NCBI GenBank assembly: GCA_963812015.1
Contig: CAWETI010000002.1
Coordinates: 1,504,001-1,568,000, forward strand
Length of the DNA: 64,000 nt
Direction: 5' to 3'
Origin: an uncultured delta proteobacterium
Lineage (GTDB): Bacteria; Desulfobacterota; Desulfobaccia; Desulfobaccales; 0-14-0-80-60-11
Below the pieces are notes generated by a model. That model was not told the origin of the DNA and searched no databases. It worked only from the letters and a program-made list of their open reading frames with translations. Shown one piece after another: positions 1 through 13,819 of the stretch (position 1 is its first letter; each line of letters starts with the position of its first letter). A program made the position numbers and the translations under genes.

Positions 1-2538
1 ATTCCGGTGCGCATCGACGGCAAGATTTACCCCACCACGGTGGGCCGGGTGATCCTCCGGGAGATTCTCCCCGAGGGCCTGCCCTTTGACCTGATCAACC
101 GCACCATGAACAAGAAAGAGATCCGCAAGCTCGTGTCGGTGGGCTACCGCAAATGCGGCATCAAACAGACGGTCATTTTTGCGGACCAGCTCAAGAACCT
201 GGGCTACAAGTACGCCACCCAGGCCGGCATTTCCATCTCCATCCAGGACATGCGGATCCCCAGCCGCAAGCCGGCAATCCTGAGCCAGTCCCAGGCCGAA
301 GTAAGCCAGGTGGAGGAGCAGTACCAGGAAGGTCTGATCACCGAAGGGGAAAAATACAACAAGGTGGTGGACATCTGGGCCAAGGCCACGGACGAGATCG
401 CCCTGGAGATGATGACGGAGATGTCCCGGGAAGTGATTTCGGTGGACGAGCCGGACCCGGAGAACCCGGGTCAGACCATCGTGCACCAGGAAGAGGTGGA
501 CTCCTTCAACCCGGTCTTCATGATGGCCGACTCCGGCGCCCGGGGCAGCAAGGACCAGATGCGGCAGTTGGCCGGCATGCGGGGCTTGATGGCCAAACCC
601 TCCGGTGAGATCATCGAGACCCCCATTACCGCCAACTTCCGGGAAGGACTCACCGTACTGCAGTACTTCATCTCGACTCACGGCGCCCGGAAAGGCCTGG
701 CGGACACGGCTTTAAAGACCGCCAACTCCGGGTACCTGACCCGGCGGCTGGTGGACGTGGCTCAGGATGCGGTCATCACCCAAGACGACTGCGGCACCAT
801 CGACGGCATCTATGTGACGCCCCTGGTGGAAGGCGGCGAGATCATCGAGCGGGTGGGGGACCGGGTCTTGGGCAGGGTGGCCCTGGACGACATCATCGAT
901 CCCCACACCAATGAAGTGCTGGTGGAGGCCAACGAGGAGATCGACGAGGACGCCGCCCGGCGCATCGAGGATTCGGGGCTGGAGAAGGTGCAGATCCGGT
1001 CGGTGCTTACCTGCCAGACGCGGCGGGGCGTGTGCGCCAAGTGCTATGGCCGCGACCTGGGCCACGGCACCACGGTGTCCATGGGCGAGGCCATCGGCAT
1101 CCTGGCGGCCCAGAGCATCGGCGAGCCCGGCACCCAGCTGACCATGCGGACCTTCCATATCGGCGGCACGGCCTCCCGGCGGGCGGAACAGAGCGTCCAC
1201 GTGGCCCGGGTTCAGGGCTGGGTCCGCTTTGACAATATGAAATCGGTGGTGGACCGCTTCGGCGACCTGGTGAACCTCTCCCGCCAGGCGGAACTTATCC
1301 TGGTGAGTGAAAAGGGCATCGAACGGGAACGCTACCCCCTGAGCTACGGGGCCCACATCAAAGTGAAGGAGGGCGACGAAGTCCAGGCCGGCCAGATATT
1401 GGCGGAATGGGACCCCTTCACCAACGCCATGCTCACGGAAGTCGGCGGCACCATCAAGTTCGGCGACATCCTGGACAACATCACGGTACAAGAGCGGGTG
1501 GACCCGGTTACGGGCAAAGCCTCCCGCCTCATCGTCGAGAGCAAGGATGCCGAGATGCGGCCCCGCATTTCGGTGAAGGACGCGTCCGGCCTGACCGCCC
1601 GGATTCCCGGGTCCCCGGCCTCGGCCCGCTACTTCATGCCCGTGGGGGCCATTATCATGGTCACCGAAGGCGATTTGGTGTCGCCGGGGGACGTCATCGC
1701 CAAGATCCCCCGGGAGACCACCAAGACCAAGGACATCACCGGGGGCCTGCCCCGGGTGGCGGAGCTCTTTGAAGTGCGCAAACCCAAAGAGACCGCGATC
1801 ATCAGCGAAATCAGCGGGCTGGTGTCATTCGGGAAGCACATCAAGGGCAAGCGGAAGGTCGTGGTGGCCCCGGAAGTGGGCAAACCCAAGGAATACCTGA
1901 TCCCCAAAGGCAAGCACGTGGCCGTGCAGGAAGGCGACTACGTCAGGGCCGGGGATGCGTTGATGGACGGGTCGGCCAACCCCCATGACATCCTGAACAT
2001 CAGAGGGTTAAAAGAGCTGGCCCGCTATTTGGTGGACGAAGTCCAGGAGGTTTACCGCCTCCAGGGCGTCAAGATCAACGACAAGCACATCGAAGTGATC
2101 GTGCGGCAGATGCTGCGGCGCATCAAGGTGGTGGACCCGGGGGACACGGACTTCCTCATGGGCGAGCAGGTGGAGAAATGGGTCTTCGAGGAGCGGAACG
2201 ACCGGGCCATGGACCAGGGAAAACGGCCGGCCACGGGTGAACCGCTGCTCTTGGGCATCACCAAGGCCTCCCTGACCACGGAGAGCTGGATTTCGGCGGC
2301 CTCGTTCCAGGAGACCACCAAGGTGCTGGCGGACGCGGCGGTCATGGGGAAGATCGACTATCTCCGGGGCCTCAAGGAAAATGTCATTATGGGGCGGCTC
2401 ATCCCGGCGGGTACGGGGCTGGCGCAGTACCGGGAGTTGGATATCAAGATGGGCGAAGACGTGGAGTTGGAACTGCCGGCGGTGGAAACCCTTGAGGTGG
2501 AGGTGGAGGCGGAGGTCGCGGCTTTGCCTGAACAATAA
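1..2538 (+). CDS. rpoC: RNA polymerase beta' subunit (5'-truncated by window edge)
   Basis: Motifs [65 protein letters not shown]. Confidence 0.99.
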   Translation: MPVRIDGKIYPTTVGRVILREILPEGLPFDLINRTMNKKEIRKLVSVGYRKCGIKQTVIFADQLKNLGYKYATQAGISISIQDMRIPSRKPAILSQSQAEVSQVEEQYQEGLITEGEKYNKVVDIWAKATDEIALEMMTEMSREVISVDEPDPENPGQTIVHQEEVDSFNPVFMMADSGARGSKDQMRQLAGMRGLMAKPSGEIIETPITANFREGLTVLQYFISTHGARKGLADTALKTANSGYLTRRLVDVAQDAVITQDDCGTIDGIYVTPLVEGGEIIERVGDRVLGRVALDDIIDPHTNEVLVEANEEIDEDAARRIEDSGLEKVQIRSVLTCQTRRGVCAKCYGRDLGHGTTVSMGEAIGILAAQSIGEPGTQLTMRTFHIGGTASRRAEQSVHVARVQGWVRFDNMKSVVDRFGDLVNLSRQAELILVSEKGIERERYPLSYGAHIKVKEGDEVQAGQILAEWDPFTNAMLTEVGGTIKFGDILDNITVQERVDPVTGKASRLIVESKDAEMRPRISVKDASGLTARIPGSPASARYFMPVGAIIMVTEGDLVSPGDVIAKIPRETTKTKDITGGLPRVAELFEVRKPKETAIISEISGLVSFGKHIKGKRKVVVAPEVGKPKEYLIPKGKHVAVQEGDYVRAGDALMDGSANPHDILNIRGLKELARYLVDEVQEVYRLQGVKINDKHIEVIVRQMLRRIKVVDPGDTDFLMGEQVEKWVFEERNDRAMDQGKRPATGEPLLLGITKASLTTESWISAASFQETTKVLADAAVMGKIDYLRGLKENVIMGRLIPAGTGLAQYRELDIKMGEDVELELPAVETLEVEVEAEVAALPEQ

Positions 2539-2542
2539 TAGG

Positions 2543-2572
2543 TTGACAACTAGACGCTCATTGGAATAAAAT
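2543..2572 (+). promoter_or_regulatory. sigma70-type promoter of str operon
   Basis: TTGACA-N18-TAAAAT about 50 nt upstream of rpsL. Confidence 0.7.
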
Positions 2573-2621
2573 AATCAATTTGAGTAGCCTTTTATTCAGA
2601 GCAGTCGGAACCGGAGCATGT

Positions 2622-2993
2622 ATGCCTACAATCAACCAGTTGGTTCGCAAGGGCCGGGAGCTGCAGAAGAAGCGGACCGCGTCTCCAGCCCTGCAAAGCT
2701 GTCCCCAAAAACGGGGTGTGTGTGTCAGGGTCTATACCACCACGCCTAAAAAACCCAACTCGGCCTTGCGCAAGGTGGCCCGGGTGCGGCTCACCAACGG
2801 CATCGAGGTGACCACTTACATCCCCGGGGTCGGCCACAACCTCCAGGAGCACTCAGTAGTGCTCATCCGGGGGGGCCGGGTAAAAGACTTGCCCGGGGTG
2901 CGCTACCATGTGGTCCGGGGCACCCTGGATGCGTCAGGGGTTCAGGATCGCCGGCAAGGACGGTCCAAGTACGGGGCCAAGCGGCCTAAATAA
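2622..2993 (+). CDS. rpsL: 30S ribosomal protein S12
   Basis: [12 protein letters not shown]...[16 protein letters not shown]...[12 protein letters not shown] at 2622 after GGAG. Confidence 0.99.
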   Translation: MPTINQLVRKGRELQKKRTASPALQSCPQKRGVCVRVYTTTPKKPNSALRKVARVRLTNGIEVTTYIPGVGHNLQEHSVVLIRGGRVKDLPGVRYHVVRGTLDASGVQDRRQGRSKYGAKRPK

Positions 2994-2998
2994 AGACA

Positions 2999-3128
2999 GT
3001 TTTCGGTTTCCGGTTTTCGGTAAAAGCACAAGACACGACAGAAAACAGAAACCGAAAGATATATTGAGAGATCGGGATTGGCGGACGGTTTTTATCTCAG
3101 AAAACCGGAAACCGAAAACCGAAAACCG
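2999..3128. repeat. Inverted heptamer-repeat element (GTTTTCG)n ... (CGAAAAC)n
   Basis: Left arm 2999-3021 and complementary right arm 3099-3128; a left-arm copy with the same AAAGCACAAG tail lies at 59593-59627. Confidence 0.85.
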
Positions 3129-3137
3129 AGGTAGAAA

Positions 3138-3608
3138 ATGCCCAGAAAAGGCGGAGTGGTCAAGCGGCCTGTTCCTCAAGACCTGAAATACAACGACGTC
3201 ATGGTGAGCCGGTTCATCAACGGCTTGATGGAGCGGGGCAAGAAGAGCACGGCCCAACGCATCCTGTATAACGCCATGGAACTCGTGGGTCAGCGGGGCA
3301 ACGATGACCCCCTGAAGCTGTTCCATCAGGCGGTGGAAAACGTGAAGCCTTTGATCGAGGTGAAATCCCGTCGGGTAGGCGGCGCCACCTATCAGGTCCC
3401 CGTGGAAGTGCGGGCCGACCGCCGGGTTTCCCTGGCCATCCGCTGGCTGATCAATTACTCCAAGGCCAGGAACGAAAAGTCCATGGAGGCCAAGCTGGCC
3501 GCGGAGCTGCTGGACGCGGCCAACAACCGGGGCACCTCCATTAAGAAACGTGAAGACACGCATAAGATGGCTGAAGCCAACAAGGCCTTCGCCCACTATA
3601 GATGGTAA
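3138..3608 (+). CDS. rpsG: 30S ribosomal protein S7
   Basis: [29 protein letters not shown]. Confidence 0.99.
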   Translation: MPRKGGVVKRPVPQDLKYNDVMVSRFINGLMERGKKSTAQRILYNAMELVGQRGNDDPLKLFHQAVENVKPLIEVKSRRVGGATYQVPVEVRADRRVSLAIRWLINYSKARNEKSMEAKLAAELLDAANNRGTSIKKREDTHKMAEANKAFAHYRW

Positions 3609-3614
3609 ACTAAT

Positions 3615-5693
<2,079 letters not shown>

Positions 5694-5720
5694 TCCTGAT
5701 TAAATTAGGAGGAAGTCCTA

Positions 5721-6914
5721 ATGGCCAAAAAGAAATTTGAGCGGAAGAAGCCGCACGTGAATGTAGGGACGATTGGTCATATCGATCATGGCAAGACGAC
5801 CTTGACCGCGGCCATCACCAAGCATTTGGCCAAGAAGGGATGGGCGTCGTACATTCCCTTTGACCAGATCGACAAGGCGCCGGAAGAAAAAGAGCGGGGC
5901 ATCACCATCGCCCTGGCCCACGTGGAGTACGAGACCGCCAACCGGCACTATGCCCACGTGGACTGCCCGGGTCACGCCGACTACATCAAGAACATGATCA
6001 CCGGGGCGGCCCAGATGGACGGGGCGATTCTGGTGGTGGGGGCGGATGACGGCCCCATGCCCCAGACCCGGGAGCACATCTTGTTGGCCCGTCAGGTGGG
6101 CGTGCCCTTCATCGTGGTCTTCTTGAACAAAGTCGACCTGGTGGACGACCCGGAACTCATCGAGCTGGTGGAGCTGGAGCTGCGAGAGCTTCTGTCCAAG
6201 TACGAATTTCCCGGGGACGACATTCCCATCATCAAGGGCAGCGCCCTGAAGGCGTTGGAGTCCGAGGATATCAACTCGCCGGAGGTCAAACCCATCTTCG
6301 AGCTGATGGAGGCTTTGGATACTTACATTCCGGAGCCGGTGCGGGACGTGGACAAGCCGTTCCTGATGCCCATCGAGGACGTGTTCACCATCAGCGGCCG
6401 GGGCACGGTGGTCACCGGCCGGTGTGAGCGGGGCCAGATCAAGGTGGGCGAGGAAGTGGAGATCGTCGGTTTCGCCCCCACCCAGAAGACGGTGTGCACC
6501 GGGGTGGAGATGTTCCGGAAGACGCTGGATTACGGTCAGGCCGGGGACAACGTCGGTCTGCTGCTCCGGGGCATCAAGAAGGACGAAGTGGAGCGGGGCC
6601 AGGTGGTGGCCAAGCCGGGGTCGATCACGCCCCACACGCGGTTCAAGGCCGAGGTGTACGTACTGAACAAGGAGGAGGGCGGGCGGCACACGCCGTTCTT
6701 CACCGGATACCGGCCGCAATTTTATCTGAGGACCACGGACGTCACCGGGGTGGCCACGCTGCCCGAGGGAGTGGAGATGGTGATGCCCGGGGACAACGTG
6801 TCCATGGAGGTGACGTTGATCACCCCCGTGGCCCTGGAAAAAGAACTCCGTTTCGCCATCCGGGAAGGCGGCCGCACCGTGGGCGCCGGCGTGGTGAGCG
6901 AAATCATAGAATAG
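5721..6914 (+). CDS. tuf: Elongation factor Tu
   Basis: [31 protein letters not shown]. Confidence 0.99.
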   Translation: MAKKKFERKKPHVNVGTIGHIDHGKTTLTAAITKHLAKKGWASYIPFDQIDKAPEEKERGITIALAHVEYETANRHYAHVDCPGHADYIKNMITGAAQMDGAILVVGADDGPMPQTREHILLARQVGVPFIVVFLNKVDLVDDPELIELVELELRELLSKYEFPGDDIPIIKGSALKALESEDINSPEVKPIFELMEALDTYIPEPVRDVDKPFLMPIEDVFTISGRGTVVTGRCERGQIKVGEEVEIVGFAPTQKTVCTGVEMFRKTLDYGQAGDNVGLLLRGIKKDEVERGQVVAKPGSITPHTRFKAEVYVLNKEEGGRHTPFFTGYRPQFYLRTTDVTGVATLPEGVEMVMPGDNVSMEVTLITPVALEKELRFAIREGGRTVGAGVVSEIIE

Positions 6915-6998
6915 TTTGTAAGGGGCATCGATACCGATGGCGGGCAGGAACGCCCGTCCTAGGGAGAGCCTGAGACATCCTGGAATAAGGATAACTAC

Positions 6999-7307
6999 AT
7001 GATTACGCCCAAGATTCGCATTCGGTTGCGATCTTACGACTACAAGCTGCTGGACAAATCGGTGCTGGAGATCGTTGAAACGGCCCGGAGCACCGGCGCC
7101 CGGGTGGCGGGACCCATTCCGCTGCCCACGGAGATCAACAAATACACCGTGCTGCGGTCCCCGCATATCGACAAGAAGTCCCGGGAGCAGTTCGAAGTCC
7201 GCACCTACAAGCGGCTGATGGATATCCTGGAGCCGACCCAGCAGACCATGGATGCCATCAGCAAGCTTGACCTGGCAGCCGGGGTGGACGTAGAAATTAA
7301 AGTTTAA
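6999..7307 (+). CDS. rpsJ: 30S ribosomal protein S10
   Basis: [21 protein letters not shown]. Confidence 0.99.
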   Translation: MITPKIRIRLRSYDYKLLDKSVLEIVETARSTGARVAGPIPLPTEINKYTVLRSPHIDKKSREQFEVRTYKRLMDILEPTQQTMDAISKLDLAAGVDVEIKV

Positions 7308-7309
7308 GA

Positions 7310-7391
7310 CAGGGGTCAGGGATTAGGGGTCAGGGGAGAGCAGGATTTTTAGCCTCACACTGACAACTGACTACTGGCTACTGACTACTGG
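7310..7391. repeat. Degenerate inverted heptamer-repeat spacer (CAGGGGT)n ... (CTGACTA)n
   Basis: caggggt cagggat taggggt cagggg ... ctgacaa ctgacta ctggcta ctgacta. Confidence 0.7.
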
Positions 7392-7400
7392 AGAGATACA

Positions 7401-8027
7401 ATGCCTGGGGGCTTAATCGGCAAAAAATTGGGCATGACTCGGATCTTCGATAACGAAGGCCTGGCGATGCCCGTCACGGTCATCGAAGCCGGCCCTTGTT
7501 TTGTGGTGCAGAAAAAGACCGCGCCGAAAGACGGCTACGAGGCCGTGCAAGTGGGTTTTGACCGGCGGGCCTTGACCAAGTGCACCAAGCCGGAAAAAGG
7601 CCACTTCGAAAAGCACGGCGCCAAGAGCGGCTTCAAATATCTCCGGGAATTCCGGGTGGATGAGGCCGGAGGCTTCGAAGAGGGCCAGGAGATCACCGTG
7701 GAGCAGTTTGAGATCGGCGACCGGGTGGATGTCATCGGCACCAGCAAGGGCAAAGGGTTTGCCGGCACCATCAAGCGGTGGAATTTTCACCGGGGTCCCA
7801 TGGGCCATGGTTCCATGTCCCACCGGGCGCCCGGGTCCATCGGCGCCAGCGCCTATCCCTCCCGGGTGGTCAGAGGCAAGAAGATGCCGGGCCAGATGGG
7901 GAATGCCCGGGTGACCATGAAGAATTTGGAAGTAGTGGATGTGCGCCCCGAAGAGAACCTCCTGGTGGTGAAAGGGGCCATCCCCGGACCCTGCCAGGGC
8001 CTGGTGCTCATCCAGAAGGCCGGGTGA
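7401..8027 (+). CDS. rplC: 50S ribosomal protein L3
   Basis: [32 protein letters not shown]. Confidence 0.99.
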   Translation: MPGGLIGKKLGMTRIFDNEGLAMPVTVIEAGPCFVVQKKTAPKDGYEAVQVGFDRRALTKCTKPEKGHFEKHGAKSGFKYLREFRVDEAGGFEEGQEITVEQFEIGDRVDVIGTSKGKGFAGTIKRWNFHRGPMGHGSMSHRAPGSIGASAYPSRVVRGKKMPGQMGNARVTMKNLEVVDVRPEENLLVVKGAIPGPCQGLVLIQKAG

Positions 8028-8031
8028 CGGT

Positions 8032-8655
8032 ATGGCGACGGTGGATATCTATAATATTCTGAAAGAAAAAGTCGGGGAACTCGACCTCAAAGACGAGATC
8101 TTTGGGGTGGAGGTGAAGGGGCACCTGCTCCATGAAGTGGTGACCTGGCAGCTGGCCTGCCGCCGGTCCGGCACCGCGTGCACCAAGACCCGGGGCGAAA
8201 TCCGGGGCGGCGGGCGCAAACCCTGGAAGCAGAAGGGCACCGGCCGGGCCCGGGCCGGCAGCAGCCGGTCTCCCATCTGGCGGGGCGGCGGCACCACCTT
8301 CGGCCCCAGACCCCGGAGCTACGCCTATGCGCTGCCCAAACAGGTGCGGCGCCTGGCCCTGAAGATGGCGCTGTCCAGCAAGGTGGCCAACGGCCAGCTG
8401 GTGATACTGGACGCCTATCCCCACACCACGCCCAAGACCAAAGACTTTATGCAGGTCCTTAAGACCTTTGACCTCAACAAGGCCCTGTTCATTACTTCGG
8501 AAGCCAACCAGGCCCTGGAACTCTCGGCCCGGAATGTGCCGGGGGTCCAGGTGATGCTCACGATGGGATTGAACGTGTACGACATCCTCAAATACGAGCA
8601 CCTGGTGTTGTTTTCCCCGGCGTTGGATCAGATCGAAGCGAGGCTGGCCAAATGA
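8032..8655 (+). CDS. rplD: 50S ribosomal protein L4
   Basis: GGGRKPWKQKGTGRARAGS, RGGGTTFGP. Confidence 0.99.
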   Translation: MATVDIYNILKEKVGELDLKDEIFGVEVKGHLLHEVVTWQLACRRSGTACTKTRGEIRGGGRKPWKQKGTGRARAGSSRSPIWRGGGTTFGPRPRSYAYALPKQVRRLALKMALSSKVANGQLVILDAYPHTTPKTKDFMQVLKTFDLNKALFITSEANQALELSARNVPGVQVMLTMGLNVYDILKYEHLVLFSPALDQIEARLAK

Positions 8656-8942
8656 AGGCTTATCATTATTTGATCAAAGGGCCGATCATCACGGAAAAGA
8701 CCCACACCCAGAAGGAGGCGGCCAACAAACTGACCTTCCGGGTGAATGTCAAGGCCAACAAGATCGAGATCAGGAAGGCTATTGAAACTATCTTCAAGGT
8801 CAAAGTCCTGGGGGTGAACACCATCCACGTCAAGGGGAAGGAAAAGCGCGTGGGCAAGACCGGTGGCATGCGCCCCGACTGGAAAAAGGCGGTGGTCACC
8901 TTGGCTCCCGGAGAGAAGATCGCCGGTTTCGACGCGCTGTAA
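8652..8942 (+). CDS. rplW: 50S ribosomal protein L23
   Basis: PIITEK, ANKIEIRKAIE, WKKAVVTL; operon position. Confidence 0.98.
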   Translation: MKAYHYLIKGPIITEKTHTQKEAANKLTFRVNVKANKIEIRKAIETIFKVKVLGVNTIHVKGKEKRVGKTGGMRPDWKKAVVTLAPGEKIAGFDAL

Positions 8943-9010
8943 TCTGGCGTCTTGGCGTGGGGAATGAGTCTCACGCACAGGCGCAAAGGCGCACATAAGG
9001 AAGAACGCAG

Positions 9011-9838
9011 ATGGCATTGATTTCCCGAAAGCCTACCTCCCCAGGGCGGCGGTTCCAGACGGCGACGGATTTTGCCGAGATCACTCGGAGCGAGCCGGAG
9101 AAGAGCCTGGTCCAGGCCCTGAAAAAGTCGGGGGGGCGGAATTGTTACGGCCGGGTCACCGCCCGGCACCGGGGTGGGGGCCACAAGCGGCAATATCGCC
9201 TCATCGATTTCAAGCGCAACAAGCTTGAGGTTCCGGCCAAGGTGGCCACCATCGAGTACGACCCCAACCGCACCACGCGGATTGCGCTGCTCCACTATGT
9301 GGACGGGGAGAAGCGCTACATCCTGGCGCCCCAGGAGCTTAGGGTGGGGGACATGGTGGTCTCGAGTCAGGAGGCGGATATCAAGCCGGGCAACGCCCTG
9401 CCCCTGAAGAACATCCCCACCGGCACCCTGGTGCACAACGTCGAGTTGAAGCCGGGGAAGGGCGGGCAGATGGCCCGGGCGGCGGGCTCTGCGGCCCAGT
9501 TGATGGCCAAGGAAGGGAAGCAGGCCCACCTGAAGCTGCCGTCGGGGGAAGTGCGGATGGTGCCGTTGGACTGCCGGGCCACCATCGGCCAGCTCAGCAA
9601 CGTGGAGCAGGAGAACGTCTCCCTGGGCAAGGCCGGGCGGAAGCGCTGGCAGGGAAAGCGGCCCCACGTCCGGGGCGTAGCCATGAACCCGGTGGATCAC
9701 CCCATGGGCGGCGGCGAAGGCAAGTCGTCGGGCGGCCGGCATCCATGTACCCCCTGGGGGGTGCCCACCAAGGGATACAAGACCAGAAAGCCCAAAGCCA
9801 GCGACCGGGATATCGTTAAACGCCGGTCTAAGAAGTAG
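9011..9838 (+). CDS. rplB: 50S ribosomal protein L2
   Basis: [23 protein letters not shown]. Confidence 0.99.
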   Translation: MALISRKPTSPGRRFQTATDFAEITRSEPEKSLVQALKKSGGRNCYGRVTARHRGGGHKRQYRLIDFKRNKLEVPAKVATIEYDPNRTTRIALLHYVDGEKRYILAPQELRVGDMVVSSQEADIKPGNALPLKNIPTGTLVHNVELKPGKGGQMARAAGSAAQLMAKEGKQAHLKLPSGEVRMVPLDCRATIGQLSNVEQENVSLGKAGRKRWQGKRPHVRGVAMNPVDHPMGGGEGKSSGGRHPCTPWGVPTKGYKTRKPKASDRDIVKRRSKK

Positions 9839-9849
9839 AGGGGAGAATC

Positions 9850-10134
9850 GTGGCCCGTTCATTAAAAAAGGGACCCTATGTGCAGGACAGCCTCCAGGCC
9901 AAGGTATTGCAGGCCCGGGAAACCCAGGATCGTCGGGTGATCAAGACCTGGTCGCGGCGTTCCACTATCACTCCGGAATTTATCGGAATAACCCTGGCGG
10001 TCCATAACGGCAAGAAGTTTATTCCGGTCTACGTCACCGAAAACATGGTGGGGCACAAGTTAGGAGAGTTTTCCCCCACCCGGCACTTCGGGGGCCATGC
10101 CGGCGACCGCAAAACCAAAATGGGTAAGAAGTAG
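9850..10134 (+). CDS. rpsS: 30S ribosomal protein S19
   Basis: [24 protein letters not shown]. Confidence 0.99.
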   Translation: MARSLKKGPYVQDSLQAKVLQARETQDRRVIKTWSRRSTITPEFIGITLAVHNGKKFIPVYVTENMVGHKLGEFSPTRHFGGHAGDRKTKMGKK

Positions 10135-10136
10135 CC

Positions 10137-10478
10137 ATGGAAATCAAGGCGAGCGCCAAATATCTGCGCATCTCGCCCACCAAGCTGCGGCTGGTGGCCC
10201 GGATCCTCCCCGGTAAGAAGGTGGAAGATGCCCTGGCCATGCTCCAGTACATGCCCCAAAAGGGGGCGCGGTTGGTGCGCAAGGTGGTCATGTCCGCGGT
10301 GGCCAATGCCGAGCAACGGCCCCAAATAGACGTGGATACCCTGGTAATCAAAGGCGTCCAGGTGGATGGGGGTCCCAGCCTCAGGCGATTCCAAGCCCGG
10401 GCCATGGGGCGGGTCAACCGCATCCTCAAGCGGAGCAGCCATATCACCGTAGTCCTGAAAGAGGGACTCGGGAAATGA
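10137..10478 (+). CDS. rplV: 50S ribosomal protein L22
   Basis: [24 protein letters not shown]. Confidence 0.98.
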   Translation: MEIKASAKYLRISPTKLRLVARILPGKKVEDALAMLQYMPQKGARLVRKVVMSAVANAEQRPQIDVDTLVIKGVQVDGGPSLRRFQARAMGRVNRILKRSSHITVVLKEGLGK

Positions 10479-10500
10479 AGAGTTTATAAGGAGGCATGGA

Positions 10501-11154
10501 TTGGGCCAGAAAGTACACCCCATCGGTTTCCGTTTAGGAAGCTTTCGCAAATGGGATTCCGTTTGGTTCGCCCGGAAGGATTTTGCAGCGCTGGTTCTGG
10601 AAGACCGCAGGATTCGGGAGTTCATCAAGGCTGACAAGGAACTCAAGGGATCGGGGATTGCCGGACTGGATATCAAGCGGGCGGCCAATAAGCTGACCAT
10701 TAAGATCCATACCTCCCGGCCGGGCATGGTCATCGGCCAGAAGGGTAAGAAAATCGACGACCTGCGCCGCCGGCTGGAGAAGCTGGTGGGACGGGAACTC
10801 GTCATCGACGTGCAGGAAGTGCGCAAACCGGAGATCAACGCCCAGCTGGTGGCGGAAAACATCGCCCAGCAGCTGGAACGCCGGGTGTCGTTCCGCCGGG
10901 CCATGAAGAAGTCGGTGGGCCAGGCCCTGAAGTTCGGGGCCAAGGGCATCAAGATCCGCTGCAAGGGCCGGCTGGCCGGGGCGGAAATTGCCCGGCAGGA
11001 GACGTACCGGGAAGGGCGGGTGCCACTGCACACCCTGCGGGCCCTTATTGATTACGGGTTCGCCGAGGCCAAGACCACCTATGGGCTGATCGGGGTAAAG
11101 ACCTGGATCTTCCACGGCGAGGTCCTGGGGTCCCAAGAAGGGATGAGCTTATAG
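10501..11154 (+). CDS. rpsC: 30S ribosomal protein S3
   Basis: [33 protein letters not shown]. Confidence 0.99.
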   Translation: MGQKVHPIGFRLGSFRKWDSVWFARKDFAALVLEDRRIREFIKADKELKGSGIAGLDIKRAANKLTIKIHTSRPGMVIGQKGKKIDDLRRRLEKLVGRELVIDVQEVRKPEINAQLVAENIAQQLERRVSFRRAMKKSVGQALKFGAKGIKIRCKGRLAGAEIARQETYREGRVPLHTLRALIDYGFAEAKTTYGLIGVKTWIFHGEVLGSQEGMSL

Positions 11155-11164
11155 CAGACTAACT

Positions 11165-11229
11165 TTGTCACCCTGAGCATGGACCCCCGGCCGGAATGAT
11201 CTGAGGCTGCAGGGGGCTCAGCCTGACAA
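11165..11229. repeat. REP-like palindrome (TTGTCACCCTGAGC ... GCTCAGCCTGACAA)
   Basis: Imperfect inverted arms filling the rpsC-rplP spacer; arms resemble the element at 30593-30662. Confidence 0.6.
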
Positions 11230-11243
11230 CATGGGAATAAGAC

Positions 11244-11675
11244 ATGCTTAGTCCAAAACGGGTAAAACATCGGAAAGTAATGCGGGGCCGCCGCAGGGGC
11301 AAGGCCACCCGGGGCAATTACGTGGCCTTCGGGGATTATGGCCTCATGGCCGAGGAATGCGGCTGGATTACGGCCCAGCAAATCGAGGCGGCCCGGATCG
11401 CCATCACCCGGCACGTCAAGCGGGGCGGCAAGATCTGGATCCGGGTTTTTCCGGATAAGCCCTTCACCAAGAAGCCGGCGGAAACCCGCATGGGGAAAGG
11501 GAAGGGCGGTCCGGAGGGTTGGGTGGCGGTGGTGCGGCCCGGTCTAATTCTCTATGAGATGGCCGGGGTGGACCGGGAAGTCGCCAAAGAAGCCATGCGT
11601 CTGGCCTCCCACAAGCTCTCCATCCCCACCAAGTTTGTGGAACGGGAGCACATGGCGGCGGAGGCGACGACATGA
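11244..11675 (+). CDS. rplP: 50S ribosomal protein L16
   Basis: [20 protein letters not shown]. Confidence 0.99.
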   Translation: MLSPKRVKHRKVMRGRRRGKATRGNYVAFGDYGLMAEECGWITAQQIEAARIAITRHVKRGGKIWIRVFPDKPFTKKPAETRMGKGKGGPEGWVAVVRPGLILYEMAGVDREVAKEAMRLASHKLSIPTKFVEREHMAAEATT

Positions 11676-11866
11676 AGGCTGCGGATTTACGGGACCTGAC
11701 CCGGGAAGAACTCCTGGCCAAGTTGAAGGAGGTTTCGGAAGAACTCTTCAACTTGAATTTTCAACATAGCCGACAGCAACTGGACAATACCGCTCGATTG
11801 GGGCAGGCCAGGAAGGATATGGCCCGGGTCCAGACGGTACTGCGGGGAAAGGCCGGGCAAGAATAG
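11672..11866 (+). CDS. rpmC: 50S ribosomal protein L29
   Basis: ELFNLNFQ...RKDMARVQT; operon position. Confidence 0.97.
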   Translation: MKAADLRDLTREELLAKLKEVSEELFNLNFQHSRQQLDNTARLGQARKDMARVQTVLRGKAGQE

Positions 11867-11886
11867 CTCGGGAGGGTTAGGCAGGT

Positions 11887-12147
11887 ATGGAAAAGCAGCG
11901 CGGTGTGCGCAAGACCAGGATTGGTTTGGTGGTCAGCGACAAAATGGAAAAGACCGTGGTGGTGGAAGTGAAACGCCTGGTGGCCCACCCCCTCTATCAT
12001 AAGATTATCCGGCGCCGGGCCCGGATCAAGGCCCATGACCCCAACAATACCTGCCGGGTGGGCGACAAGGTACTCCTGGAGGAGACCCGTCCCCTGAGCC
12101 GGGATAAACATTGGCGGATCAAGGAAGTCCTGGAGAAGGCCCAGTAA
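11887..12147 (+). CDS. rpsQ: 30S ribosomal protein S17
   Basis: [25 protein letters not shown]. Confidence 0.99.
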   Translation: MEKQRGVRKTRIGLVVSDKMEKTVVVEVKRLVAHPLYHKIIRRRARIKAHDPNNTCRVGDKVLLEETRPLSRDKHWRIKEVLEKAQ

Positions 12148-12171
12148 GCCCAAGGGCGTGAGGATAGAATC

Positions 12172-12540
12172 ATGATCCAGGTTCAGACACAAATGACGGT
12201 GGCGGACAACTCCGGCGCCAAGAAGGTATCCTGTATCCGGGTCCTGGGAGGCACCAGGCGGCGGTATGCCGGGGTGGGGGATATCGTCATCGTGGCGGTT
12301 AAGGAGGCCCTGCCTCACTCCAAGGTGAAAAAGGGCGACGTGATGCGGGCCGTGGTGGTACGCACCGTCAAGGAGACCCGGCGCCCCGATGGCTCGCACA
12401 TCCGGTTTGACGATAACTCGGCGGTGCTCATCAACCCCCAGGGCGATCCCATCGGCACCCGGATATTCGGGCCGGTGGCCAGGGAACTTCGGGCCAAGAA
12501 ATTTATGAAGATCATCTCATTGGCCCCGGAGGTGCTCTAA
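12172..12540 (+). CDS. rplN: 50S ribosomal protein L14
   Basis: [31 protein letters not shown]. Confidence 0.99.
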   Translation: MIQVQTQMTVADNSGAKKVSCIRVLGGTRRRYAGVGDIVIVAVKEALPHSKVKKGDVMRAVVVRTVKETRRPDGSHIRFDDNSAVLINPQGDPIGTRIFGPVARELRAKKFMKIISLAPEVL

Positions 12541-12893
12541 TGGGAAAGTACAAGAAGGCCCTCGCAGAGCCCGTGAGGATCCGGTTGAAGAAGAACGATC
12601 TGGTGGAGGTCACCACCGGCAAAGAGCAAGGTAAAACCGGCAAGATCCTGAAGGTGTTCCGGGAAAAGAATCAGGTGCTGATCGAAAAGGTCAACATGAT
12701 CAAGCGGCACACCCGGCCTAGTCCCACCACGGGGCAGGGGGGGATCGTGGAAAAAGAAGCGCCGGTTTACGTCGCCAAGGTGAAGCTCATTTGCCCCAAG
12801 TGCGCCACCGGCACCCGTTTTAAGATGGCCCAGACCGGGGAAGGCAAGAAGACCCGGGTATGTTTAAAATGCAAGGAAATGATTGATGGCTGA
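12540..12893 (+). CDS. rplX: 50S ribosomal protein L24
   Basis: KOW motif [22 protein letters not shown], two CxxC. Confidence 0.98.
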   Translation: MGKYKKALAEPVRIRLKKNDLVEVTTGKEQGKTGKILKVFREKNQVLIEKVNMIKRHTRPSPTTGQGGIVEKEAPVYVAKVKLICPKCATGTRFKMAQTGEGKKTRVCLKCKEMIDG

Positions 12894-13584
12894 CAAGGGA
12901 TCTGGAAAAGACAAAGCCAAAGGCCCCGGCAAATTGGCCGACAAAGCCGCAAGCAAAGCCGCGGATAAGAAAGCGGCCAAGGCGGCTGGCCAGCCGATGG
13001 AAAAATCGGCTGAGAAGTCGGCGGCCCCGGCGGGCTTCAAAGGGACGCCGCGTCTGCGGGATTATTATCGGACCGAGTGTGTGCCCCGCATGATGCAGGA
13101 ATTCAAGTATAAGAGCCCCATGCAGGTGCCCCGACTGCTGAAGGTGGTGGTCAATATCGGGCTGGGGGAGGCCATCCAGAACATCAAGCTGTTGGAGTCG
13201 GCCTCGGTGGAACTGGGGACCATCACCGGCCAAAAGGCGGTGGTGACCCGGGCCAAGAAGTCCATCGCCGCCTTTAAGCTGAGGGAAGGCATGCCCATCG
13301 GCTGCATGGTCACCCTGCGCCGGGACCGGATGTACTACTTCTTCGACAAGCTGGTGAACGTGGTGCTGGCCCGGGTGCGAGACTTCCGGGGAGTGAGCGA
13401 GCGGGCTTTTGACGGCCGGGGCAATTACACCCTGGGTCTCAAAGAGCAGATTATCTTCCCGGAGATCGACTACGACAAGATCGACAAGATCAAAGGGATG
13501 AACATCACCGTCGTCACCAGCGCTCCCACCGATGAAGAAGGGAGATTCTTGTTGAAGCTGATGGGCTTACCTTTCAAGAAATAA
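12886..13584 (+). CDS. rplE: 50S ribosomal protein L5 with Lys/Ala-rich N-terminal extension
   Basis: [41 protein letters not shown]. Confidence 0.98.
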   Translation: MADKGSGKDKAKGPGKLADKAASKAADKKAAKAAGQPMEKSAEKSAAPAGFKGTPRLRDYYRTECVPRMMQEFKYKSPMQVPRLLKVVVNIGLGEAIQNIKLLESASVELGTITGQKAVVTRAKKSIAAFKLREGMPIGCMVTLRRDRMYYFFDKLVNVVLARVRDFRGVSERAFDGRGNYTLGLKEQIIFPEIDYDKIDKIKGMNITVVTSAPTDEEGRFLLKLMGLPFKK

Positions 13585-13589
13585 CAGGG

Positions 13590-13615
13590 GTAGGGCGGGG
13601 TGACCCCGGCCCTAC
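13590..13615. repeat. GTAG-type REP palindrome
   Basis: GTAGGGC-GGGG-TGA-CCCC-G-GCCCTAC. Confidence 0.7.
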
Positions 13616-13625
13616 GGAGATCAGG

Positions 13626-13811
13626 ATGGCCAAGAAATCATTGATAGCCAAGGCAAAGCGCCAACCGAAGTATCCGGTGCAGAACTATAACCGCTGTCCA
13701 CTGTGCGGTCGTCCCCGGGCGTTTCTCAGACGGTTCGGCATCTGCCGCATCTGTTTCCGCTCCATGGCCCTCAGGGGAGAGATCCCCGGGGTAACCAAAT
13801 CCAGCTGGTAG
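13626..13811 (+). CDS. rpsN: 30S ribosomal protein S14, zinc-binding (type Z)
   Basis: 61 aa, RCPLCGRPR...[15 protein letters not shown]. Confidence 0.98.
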   Translation: MAKKSLIAKAKRQPKYPVQNYNRCPLCGRPRAFLRRFGICRICFRSMALRGEIPGVTKSSW

Positions 13812-13819
13812 GACAAACT

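Noticed and set aside
2999..3128. Short tandem repeats considered as a CRISPR array
   Set aside because: Units are 7 nt with no unique spacers, and there are no cas genes.
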